Below, one piece after another: positions 23,799 to 34,830 of a stretch of DNA of 37,786 nt. Position 1 is the stretch's first letter, and the number at the start of each line of letters is the position of its first letter. The translations under genes and the position numbers were made by a program. Under the pieces are notes generated by a model. It ran no database searches, had not been told where the DNA came from, and was given only the letters and a program-made list of their open reading frames with translations. The DNA is taken from assembly GCF_001194135.2 (NCBI RefSeq), contig NC_068997.1, forward strand, positions 53,858,559 to 53,896,344. The letters are read 5' to 3'. Source of the stretch: Octopus bimaculoides (taxonomy: Eukaryota).

Positions 23799-24340
23799 AG
23801 GCGGCGAGCTGGCAACGGTATTTCGTCTGTCTTTATGTTCTGAGTTCAAATTCCGCCGAGGTCGACTTTGCCTTTTATCCTTTCCGAGTCGATAAATTAA
23901 GTACCAGTTACGCACTGGGGTCGATGTAATCGACGTAATCCCTTAGTATGCCCTTGTTTGTCCCCTCTATGTTTAGTCCCTTGTGGGCAATAAAGAAATA
24001 AGAAAAGTTAGTACGCCGGGCGAAATGCTTAGCTGTGTTTCGTCTGTCTTTACGTTCCCAGTTCGAATACCGCCGAGGTCAACTTTGCCTTTCATCCCTA
24101 CGGAGTCGATAAATTAAGTACCAGTTGTGTACTGGAGTCGATCTAATCGACTGGCCACCCCTCCCCCAAAATTTTGAGCTTTGTGCCTAGAGTAGAAAAG
24201 AAACATTACCGCGCTCGGCAAGATGCTAAGATCAAATTCCGCTGAGGCCGACTTTGCCTTTGATCCTTTCAGGGTCGATGAAATAAAGAACCAGTTGTGT
24301 ACTGGGGTTGATGTAATCGACTGCTCACCTCCCATGAACA
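23799..24340 (+). mobile_element. Three head-to-tail SINE family A units (about 23799-24003, 24004-24206, 24208-24340)
   Basis: The core TTCAAATTCCGCCGAGGTCGACTTTGCCTTT..CCTTT..GGTCGATAAATTAAGTACCAGTT...GGGGTCGATGTAATCGAC recurs three times in the same orientation. Confidence 0.9.
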
Positions 24341-24662
24341 CGATAACCTTTTTATAGTATAGCCAAACCACTATGTGGAAGATTAAGTCAACTTGTACAT
24401 TAGTTTCAACCGGTTCGAACCTTCAAGTGATCGAACAAATGATTGTGCATCGTCTAGATTGACGGAAGATCTATCAAAAGTGAGATAACTGAAAGGAGAA
24501 ACAACAGGAAAAATAGAAAAATTATTGCGTGAGTCAATGAAATGGGTATTGCGAAATATTGTTAGTGAATATATGTTTTAATATGGGAACGTGAAAAACA
24601 TATGATATCGATTCTTTTCAATCAATCGATCGGATAATGTTACACACCTCTTTCCGCTTTGA

Positions 24663-24799
24663 TGGTGCCAACTGGCTGGTGTCACGTGATTTACTAGATG
24701 TAGGAACGAATTGTCTAAATTACAATAATCAACAGTGAGGTCGTGTTGAGCAGATTATTTGGTGGTGAAATATCACGTGACATTCGCCATTTAGCACCA
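24663..24799. promoter_or_regulatory. Imperfect inverted repeat (28-bp arms, 23/28 matches, 81-bp spacer), each arm carrying an E-box: GTCACGTGAT and ATCACGTGAC
   Basis: Left arm 24663-24690 versus reverse complement of 24772-24799, compared by hand. Regulatory function is inferred. Confidence 0.5.
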
Positions 24800-25197
24800 G
24801 TCAAGCAGGACAGATGTATGTCGCTTTTTGTCGATAAATCGGTTAAAATGATCCGATATGCGAATAATACATTTACATCTTTCACTTCTGAAGTGTCTAA
24901 AGACTGCTAACAAATGGTGATTTTATTCACTCCATCAATTCTCTTTCTAACGGTTTATAATCAAAACTAGCGCTTGAGAATTTTTGTGAATATATTTCAT
25001 TATAGTAATGGTTCGAGTGAAAATTTTAAATATCTATAGGCGAGGTAAGCGATATTTATGGAGTTTTACAAATAAGAAAACTAGTTTAAACTAAACTGTA
25101 AATATATATTTACATCTGTTTTACAACTGGATCTTATGGAAATAACAATTTACAAATTAAAGCAAACCAGATTGTTAAAGACTAGTTGGATTCTTAC

Positions 25198-25314
25198 CCG
25201 TGTTTCATCAATGGCGCTTCACTGCAGTTTGCAATGAACTGTAGGCTCACTACGAAACCGCACAGCAAATAGCCTAATAAAACGTTCACTAAGAAATCAC
25301 AGTTAAACCTAAAA
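25198..25314 (-). other. Candidate internal exon (117 nt; 111 nt with the tandem acceptor at 25308) of an unidentified minus-strand transcript
   Basis: Acceptor TTTTTCTTCACAG and donor CGG|GTAAGA. One open phase 2-2 frame: FRFNCDFLVNVLLGYLLCGFVVSLQFIANCSEAPLMKH. Could equally be a 5'UTR exon with a late ATG. No homology recognised. Confidence 0.4.
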
Positions 25315-25439
25315 CTGTGAAGAAAAACCTGAGAAATTAAAATCAATTCTAAGAATTCACACCTAAGTATAAAGTTCGTTCTTTTTAAAATCATTCTGCA
25401 GTTTCGTATTCTTAAGCCATATTTAAATATTGGTCAAAA

Positions 25440-25643
25440 ATGTTGGTATAAGGGTAGCAATTTGAGAAGTGGGTAAGTCGATTTCATCGACCCCAGGCCT
25501 CAATCGGTCCTTATTTTATTGGCCCCAAAAGAATGAAAGGAAATGTGGATCTCGGTGGAATTAGAACTCACATTGTAGAAACGAAAGAAATACTGTTGAA
25601 CGTTTTCTTCGACGCACTATCAATTCTGGTAGCTTACCACCTT
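25440..25643 (-). mobile_element. SINE family A, diverged
   Basis: Minus: AAGGTGGTAAGCTACCAGAATTG...GAGTTCTAATTCCACCGAGATCCAC...CCTTTCATTCTTTTGGGG...GGGGTCGATGAAATCGACTTACC. Confidence 0.8.
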
Positions 25644-25677
25644 GACATTTTTAAGTAGTGAGACTTAAGTTTTGGAT

Positions 25678-25717
<40 letters not shown>

Positions 25718-25851
25718 AGAGAAGAACCGCCAATATACAATTCAAATAATGAAAGAAAGAACGGGAAAATGATCCAAAGAAAGGGGGCGTGGAGGAAAAA
25801 ATGCAATAGAGGTCTACTACTTTCTTTACCGATTGTCAATGTATGACAGTT

Positions 25852-25952
25852 AAGGGTGACGTTGGTGAAATTTGAACTCTAACGAAAGAAATACCGCAAG
25901 AATAACAAAGTGTTTTATAAGAAGGTTTAACGTTTCTGACAATTCACCATTT
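25852..25952 (-). mobile_element. SINE family A head fragment
   Basis: Minus: GGTGAATTGTCAGAAACGTTAAAC...GCGGTATTTC...GAGTTCAAATTTCACCAACG. Confidence 0.6.
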
Positions 25953-26297
25953 TCAGACTTTAATAAGAGTAAAATCAAGCATTTAAATATCTGCCATTAA
26001 TCTCATGATTCAAAATTATACTTTTGGAAATTAGATTAAGAATAACAATTCATTTATTCAAAGAAATTAATTATTCAAAATAATTCAAAATAAGATAGCA
26101 TTAAACTGGAATCTGAACTGCGACAATTGAGATGACAAGAATAATTCTAATACTTCTAACTCTTTTGGCGTCGGTTAATTGTAATCATAAAGAATTGGTT
26201 ACTAGCATTTAGCTCATTTTGGATGCAGAATCTATCAGAAAGAGTTTACTGAATTCAATTCAAATAAATAGTATTCCACATATTCGACAATATTTTC

Positions 26298-26436
26298 TGA
26301 CTCAGTATCGGAGAAAAAATATATCTTATGCAATTATACCATCGATTTCGTAGAGATTTGACAATAAACGGTTCGATCTTTTGAAAGGTTATGCAAACGA
26401 TTGAATTGCTCAATTGTCCGGGATGAAGTTATGCAA
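26298..26436. promoter_or_regulatory. Candidate bZIP site cluster: AP-1 TGACTCA plus three TTATGCAA
   Basis: TGACTCA 26298-26304; TTATGCAA at 26326-26333, 26389-26396 and 26429-26436. Confidence 0.3.
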
Positions 26437-26476
26437 AATTGGAAACACCCCTTGTGTGTATGTGTGCTTGTGTTTG

Positions 26477-26532
<56 letters not shown>

Positions 26533-26559
26533 GAGATATCATCATCACTATGATAGATA

Positions 26560-27030
26560 GATAGATAAACCGATCACAGGCAAACTGCGGCCCGCGGCAC
26601 TCTCTGAATGGCACACTTATCAAGAAATTGCTTTGTTTTATTAGTAATTCCAGCCACCTGATAAGAGTTGTATCACATGCGACCCGAGATTCTTTCAAGA
26701 ATAACACAAGCAAAGAGATACATATAATTACGTCAGATTGAAAATTACCATCTCTGTGAAATACTTCTGTTGTAATTTTATTTATATTGATTGTGACAAT
26801 GAATCAAAGCCAAGCATTCGTTACCTATTTACTGCAAGGTAAACAGGGACATCTAAATTCTATGAGTTTTAAAACGATAGACAACGGAGTCTTGCAGTGA
26901 TGATGGAATACAAATTACCAGAATTTTGACTAGCAGTCGACTCACACTCGCTTCGAGCAATGGCGGCGAAGAAACGCTGATACAAAGTATAATCCGTAGC
27001 CGTTGAGAAGTGTGAGGTATATATATTGTT
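26560..27030 (-). promoter_or_regulatory. Candidate promoter / first-exon region
   Basis: Locally CpG-richer sequence with no repeat I recognise; YY1-type AATGGCGGCG at 26959-26968; CRE-like TTACGTCA at 26728-26735; minus-strand donors GT|GTGAGT (intron starts 26945) and AG|GTAAC (26824). Confidence 0.3.
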
Positions 27031-27375
27031 GGTGTGGAGATAAAGAATGAAAAGAAACTAATAAGCCTAAACGGGGGGAGGCGAAAGAGAGAGGCAGAGA
27101 GAGAGAGAGAAAGAGAGACGATGAACCAAAAAGACAAATGAAATTAATCTGTGAAGAAATAAAGGAAATAATATGAAATGTAGAAAGAACTTAGCTTAAA
27201 ATCCATTCCGATTTGTGAGATCGTATTATAAAGCTATTTCTCATGTAAAAATTTAACACAAACATAGATATCTATCATATGCGCGCGCTTTCTCACTCCC
27301 CCCTCTCTCTCACTCTAAATCGCTCTCTTTCTAAATATATCTCTCTTTCTCTCTATCTATTTCTCGCTCTCTGAA

Positions 27376-27376
<1 letters not shown>

Positions 27377-27425
<49 letters not shown>

Positions 27426-27431
27426 CCTACC

Positions 27432-27463
<32 letters not shown>

Positions 27464-27464
27464 G

Positions 27465-27495
<31 letters not shown>

Positions 27496-27504
27496 GATCT
27501 ATCT
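27377..27504. repeat. Compound tetranucleotide (TCTA)n, (CCTA), (TCTG)n
   Basis: Directly visible. Confidence 0.95.
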
Positions 27505-27793
27505 AGTAATTTGTCAAGATATAACCACGTCTCTTACAATTTTCTATACTTTTACGCACGTATACACATATATACGTGACAACATGTACGTGTGCATTTG
27601 AGCAACTATAATTTGTCTAGATGCGTGTTCTTGTGTGTTGGTGCACGTGTGTATTTGTGGATGGAATGGTAAATGCAGTAACATAGATAGAAACTAAATA
27701 AAAGAAGTTATGTACATACTCTCATGGTGGAAGTTGAAAATCCGATTTAAATATGTGTGAGAACTTGGATTAGGGCATCCGTAACCGATATAT

Positions 27794-27834
<41 letters not shown>

Positions 27835-27866
27835 CATACACATATATATACACATATGCATTCACA

Positions 27867-27914
<48 letters not shown>

Positions 27915-27917
<3 letters not shown>

Positions 27918-28260
27918 GCCAAAGTGTAAGCAGAATTGAGCGTCGGTGTATCCCTCTAGCTCTATATTCTGTATCCCAATGTATCCACAAATTTTCGTGT
28001 GTAATGTTGAAATTCTCTACTGTAATACGTCTACGTCTAGCTGAAGTGAATTTAGCTTCCTTGAGTAACTCATCAGCCATTTTGATTTTTGCTTCTTTTC
28101 TTGTTCTCCACCAGATTAATGTCTGTCCATCGCAGTATAAACTCCATTGTATTTTGATTGATTTCAGTGGAAACCACTAACGTCTTTACAGACTGTCTTA
28201 TCTTTCAGGAATTAGTGTAAAAGAAATCGAGAGAGGCGTGAAATGATGAAATAATTCTTT
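27915..28260 (-). mobile_element. Possible highly decayed LINE RT fragment (RTE-like)
   Basis: Open minus frame ...QWSLYCDGQTLIW...ITVENFN...LW...RSILL. Loosely matches RT 'LLYADDxxLI', 'VExFxYLG' and 'RSVLLY', with YADD degenerate. Confidence 0.35.
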
Positions 28261-28289
28261 CTCATAACAAATCTCATATATTTTTCTGT

Positions 28290-28361
28290 CGTTATTACTA
28301 TTATAATTATTATTATTATTATTATTATTATTATCATTATTATTATTATTATTATTAACAA

Positions 28362-28409
<48 letters not shown>

Positions 28410-28465
28410 CATTATTATTAATATTATTAGTATTGTTGTTATTATTATTATCGTTGTTGTTGTTG

Positions 28466-28535
<70 letters not shown>

Positions 28536-28570
28536 TATTTTTAATATTATTATTTATTATTTATTATTAT
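28290..28570. repeat. Long interrupted (TTA)n/(TTG)n tract
   Basis: Directly visible. Confidence 0.95.
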
Positions 28571-28711
28571 CACTCCGCGTCTTCGGTCTACGACTTTCTT
28601 CCTCTAATTTCTTTTCTCGCTATCTTTGACTTATTGCTTGGCTGGCTGTCTGTTTGTCTGTCTGGCTATCTGTTTCTTGCATCCTGATTTTGTTTGTTTC
28701 CTTGTATCTGC

Positions 28712-28752
<41 letters not shown>

Positions 28753-29779
28753 TTTGCGTAAGTGTTTGTATATGTGTTTGCATATGCGTTTTGTGTTCGA
28801 GTGTACTATGGCCTACTTTTGTTTTGCAGCTCTTGCTTAAAGAATTTAACTCTATTTTGCAAGGTATCTTTTCTTTGCATCTCTATATCGTCACATATAT
28901 GCGTGTGTATGTATGTATATNNNNNNNNNNNNNNNNNNNNNNNNNNNNNNNNNNNNNNNNNNNNNNNNNNNNNNNNNNNNNNNNNNNNNNNNNNNNNNNN
29001 NNNNNNNNNNNNNNNNNNNNNNNNNNNNNNNNNNNNNNNNNNNNNNNNNNNNNNNNNNNNNNNNNNNNNNNNNNNNNNNNNNNNNNNNNNNNNNNNNNNN
29101 NNNNNNNNNNNNNNNNNNNNNNNNNNNNNNNNNNNNNNNNNNNNNNNNNNNNNNNNNNNNNNNNNNNNNNNNNNNNATACATATAACGCTATGCGTGTGC
29201 ATGCATTAATACGTACATACAAAAATGATCTTGATTTCTGGATATTATATTCGCTTCCAGAGAAGCCAAACAAAATCCCTTTGTTAAAAGTAGGTCAACT
29301 GCTATTCGGATGACGCTCATTGAAGCAGAAAGACGAGTTTTCTTTAGTACCTTTGTATTCAGAAATCCGCCCTGATTTTTATCGTTTACACGTAAGTTCT
29401 ATAGATTTTGGATCATTGAGATTATCTCCCCTCTTTATTTAGGTTACATTATCTCCGCTCCTTATTATAGTCTGTTGTATAATGTACCCTTATTCTTCTT
29501 TGTTCAAATACAAACTACTGGTTACTCTTGTTTTGTTAGCCTCATTTTCTTACGTCTACATCTATGTATTTCCATACATATAGAAAAGTAGATATGTGTG
29601 GATTTAATTAAATGTGTATATGTGTATGTAAATGTGTATCTATGTTTACATATTCACATACGTGCGTATACAAATTAGGCATATTTGCAATGGAGCTATG
29701 CGCGCAAATAATGTATATGCATTTATTCATGCCCCCCCCCACACACACATACACACACACACACACACATATATATATA

Positions 29780-29925
29780 TTCTTTAATTGTTTTACTTGT
29801 TTCAGTCATTTTGACTACAGCCATGCTGGAGCACCGCCTTTAGTCGAACAAATCGATCTCAGGACTTATTCTTTGTATGCCCAGTACTTATTCTATCGAT
29901 CACTTTTGCCGAACTTCTAAGTTAC
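29780..29925 (-). mobile_element. SINE family B 3' tail fragment
   Basis: TTGTTTCAGTCATTTTGACTACAGCCATGCTGGAGCACCGCCTTTAGTCGAACAAATCGA..., closely similar to 37505-37640. Confidence 0.88.
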
Positions 29926-30492
29926 TGGGAGTTGGGTGTCTTGCTGACTGGGAGATATATTATGGTAGTGGAATAGTACTTAACTGTTATTTCTAAATTT
30001 CGGTATGTGGTGAAGCAATTTTGCTGAACCCTAATTATNNNNNNNNNNNNNNNNNNNNNNNNNNNNNNNNNNNNNNNNNNNNNNNNNNNNNNNNNNNNNN
30101 NNNNNNNNNNNNNNNNNNNNNNNNNNNNNNNNNNNNNNNNNNNNNNNNNNNNNNNNNNNNNNNNNNNNNNNNNNNNNNNNNNNNNNNNNNNNNNNNNNNN
30201 NNNNNNNNNNNNNNNNNNNNNNNNNNNNNNNNNNNNNNNNNNNNNNNNNNNNNNNNNNNNNNNNNNNNNNNNNNNNNNNNNNNNNNNNNNNNNNNNNNNN
30301 NNNNNNNNNNNNNNNNNNNNNNNNNNNNNNNNNNNNNNNNNNNNNNNNNNNNNNNNNNNNNNNNNNNNNNNNNNNNNNNNNNNNNNNNNNNNNNNNNNNN
30401 NNNNNNNNNNNNNNNNNNNNNNNNNNNNNNNNNNNNNNNNNNNNNNNNNNNNNNNNNNNNNNNNNNNNNNNNNNNNNNNNNNNNNNNNNNNN

Positions 30493-30541
<49 letters not shown>

Positions 30542-31212
30542 CATACATACATACACACACGTACATATATGTGTATGCATGTGTGTGTGAGTGTGTGTCT
30601 TTGTATGTGTGTGTTAGAATATCACAATATATTATTTTCATAGTGGCCTCCTAAGCTATATATGCCAAAAACTTTATTTTTCCTCAATAATCTCTTGTTA
30701 AGAAGCACCTACAATTATGAGGCATTAAGCGCCTTATGTCGGATTAAAGGAGAACTAGACGGCTTTGATACTGCAATGTTTATGAGAAGGTGACATTTGT
30801 TGGGGTGAAGAAGTATGGCAACAGAGAATCTTTCGTACACACACACACAAACACACACACACACACACACACACGCACAGACACATTCATATATAAATAT
30901 TTCCATACATATGTATTATATGTATAAATACACACACACACACACACATGCACATACACTCACATACCTATATAAGTACATACTGTCATATTCATATAGA
31001 GATATGGATCGATAGATTAATACATCGATATAGGTATTGATCTATGTGTGTGGTTGTGTGTGTGTACGTGCGTGCGTGTATTTTTGTATGTGCATATGTA
31101 TGTTCATATGTAGTTTTGTTGATGTGCTTTTTAACAATTTCGTATACTTTTAGACATTTAGCTCAATAAATTTCTACATCTCTATATTCACACGAGTGCA
31201 TGTGTGCATAAA

Positions 31213-31690
<478 letters not shown>

Positions 31691-31697
31691 TATTCGT

Positions 31698-31698
31698 T

Positions 31699-31741
<43 letters not shown>

Positions 31742-31994
31742 CTATCTATATATATCCATCTCTATCTAAATATCTATCTATATCTATCTATATTTCTCTC
31801 TCTCTATCTCTCTTTGTATGTATGTATGTATGTATGTATGTATGTATGCATTATGTATGTATGTATGTATCTATCTATCTATCTCTATCTCTATATTTCT
31901 CTCTCACTCACTCACTCACTCACTCACTCACTCACTCTCTCTCTCTCTCTCTCCCCTCTCTCNNNNNNNNNNACTCTCTCTCTCTCTCTCTCCC

Positions 31995-32027
<33 letters not shown>

Positions 32028-32030
32028 AAT
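31698..32030. repeat. Compound microsatellite (TCTA), (TATG), (CTCA), (CT)
   Basis: Directly visible; spans a 10-N gap with duplicated flanks. Confidence 0.9.
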
Positions 32031-34473
32031 TTATATTTTTCAGGATAATTTTTTTAAGCATCTTCTTCAGCATGTCTCCAAGGGATCACCTCTAAAATGT
32101 TGAATGCTATTTTGATTTCGTAAAACAATTCTATACAACTATATTAGCATGATAGAATGAAGAAATTCGGTTCAAAAGTTACAATTATTGAGTTTAAATG
32201 AAATTAAATTTGATTGGGCATGACACAATACAGAGGGCCATACAAAGTTGGAATTTACAAAAAGAAAAAGCAAAAACAAAACAAAAGACAAAGACGGGTG
32301 TGTAAACAACAAACAGATGTAGTAGTTTAACGTTCAAGAAGTGAGAAAGTCTTCTACAAAGGAACACACACATAAATACATACATACAAACATACATACA
32401 TGCATACATACATACATACATTCATACATAAGAAGATTACAGATTCACATGCAGCTGTATGCATTTGAAAACATACATAAAACTAAACACACGAATCTGC
32501 ATAGGTTCTGACTTCAAATATTGCACATATACACACCAGCATGCACAAATATCTTGTTGATGTTGTTTAAATATACAATGAAGTTTGGGATCCAGGTTAG
32601 AAACCGGCTCTCTTTAATTTTCAAATAAATCTCAATAACACACACACACACACGCACACAACGCAACACGCACCCAGTCACACAAACATCCATCCATCCA
32701 TACATACATACATACATACATACACGCATACATGCACGCACTTACATATATATATACCTACATTCATACAAACACATCTTTATATATACATAAACACATA
32801 CATACATGCATACATACATAACACACAAATGTACACACATACGTCAATACGCACATGCATACGCTCACACATACATACATGCGCACATACATGCACCCAC
32901 TTACATACATTCATACATACACACATACATACATACATACTTACACACTAATACATCTCTGTATNNNNNNNNNNNNNNNNNNNNNNNNNNNNNNNNNNNN
33001 NNNNNNNNNNNNNNNNNNNNNNNNNNNNNNNNNNNNNNNNNNNNNNNNNNNNNNNNNNNNNNNNNNNNNNNNNNNNNNNNNNNNNNNNNNNNNNNNNNNN
33101 NNNNNNNNNNNNNNNNNNNNNNNNNNNNNNNNNNNNNNNNNNNNNNNNNNNNNNNNNNNNNNNNNNNNNNNNNNNNNNNNNNNNNNNNNNNNNNNNNNNN
33201 NNNNNATACATACAAACATACATGCATACATAATACAAAAAAACAAACAAAGAAACAAACATACATACATACATACATACATACATACATACATACTCCA
33301 AAATCGTGTATTCGAGTTATTTTGTCAATTAAATGCTCACACTGAGTTACAATGTTAATCTTTTATCTTTCACCTCATCCAAGAATATTTTCGTCACACA
33401 ATTTTGTGTCCTCAATTGTCTATTATTCTGCATCTGTTTTTCTGTTTTTACATTATTCTTGCTTTGCCTTGTGTATGTAATTACCGTTTCTGCTGCCAAA
33501 TATAAGTGTTCCTCATAATAGTCTGTGTGTTCACGAATTTATTTTGACACATAGGTGAGTTTGTTACTGGTGTTGTTGCTGATTTTGCAGTGTATGTGCG
33601 CGTGCGAACTATAATAAGAGTTTCAATAAATGGTTTAACATGAAAATCCAACAAAACACGAAGTGTCAAAGGCCTTAACCGAGCCAGCACGGCGTTAAAA
33701 ACCACAGGGAACGACTTCAAAAATACTACAAGAGGTCAAGTGCCGGATGAAGAACGGAGATTTAAAAACAATTCCACGCACACACGGAGGCCAGTTTTGC
33801 GCCCGGAAACAGCCACTCAAAATCAACACGCATTAATACTTATATGGTACATACACGCACACACGCACAAACACACGCATATATATACATACACGCACAT
33901 ACATATATTAATACACATACAGATATATATATATATATATANNNNNNNNNNNNNNNNNNNNNNNNNNNNNNNNNNNNNNNNNNNNNNNNNNNNNNNNNNN
34001 NNNNNNNNNNNNNNNNNNNNNNNNNNNNNNNNNNNNNNNNNNNNNNNNNNNNNNNNNNNNNNNNNNNNNNNNNNNNNNNNNNNNNNNNNNNNNNNNNNNN
34101 NNNNNNNNNNNNNNNNNNNNNNNNNNNNNNNNNNNNNNNNNNNNNNNNNNNNNNNNNNNNNNNNNNNNNNNNNNNNNNNNNNNNNNNNNNNNNNNNNNNN
34201 NNNNNNNNNNNNNNNNNNNNNNNNNNNNNNNNNNNNNNNNNNNNNNNNNNNNNNNNNNNNNNNNNNNNNNNNNNNNNNNNNNNNNNNNNNNNNNNNNNNN
34301 NNNNNNNNNNNNNNNNNNNNNNNNNNNNNNNNNNNNNNNNNNNNNNNNNNNNNNNNNNNNNNNNNNNNNNNNNNNNNNNNNNNNNNNNNNNNNNNNNNNN
34401 NNNNNNNNNNNNNNNNNNNNNNNNNNNNNNNNNNNNNNNNNNNNNNNNNNNNNNNNNNNNNNNNNNNNNNNNN

Positions 34474-34510
<37 letters not shown>

Positions 34511-34784
34511 CATACATACAAGCATACATGCATACATACATATATACATATATACATATACATACACATACATACATACATACATACATACATACGTACA
34601 TACATACAAACAATATCGTACAACCTTCTTAAATATGTATTTAAAATGGTTTTACTATAAATGGTAGAAATGGCGTTTTGAAGTAGACATCGTGGCTTTA
34701 AAATTCATGTGCAGCTGTCTTCCTGTGGATTATGCGACAAGCAACTCGGGGAAAGTTCAAGCTTATTGTCAGGAGAAGAGGAGA

Positions 34785-34830
34785 TTCGTAGACGCACGTT
34801 TCTCTCTCAATAGGCTTCATCAGCAAAGTT
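34785..34830 (-). ncRNA. Degenerate type I minimal hammerhead ribozyme motif (Penelope-type), probably inactive
   Basis: Minus: actttg CTGATGA agcctattgagaga GAAAC gtgc GTC tacgaa. Core boxes and GUC triplet intact; stems I and II mostly disrupted. Confidence 0.4.

Noticed and set aside
31935-32010. Apparent tandem duplication around the 10-N gap
   Set aside because: Identical flanks around a placeholder gap point to an unmerged contig overlap.
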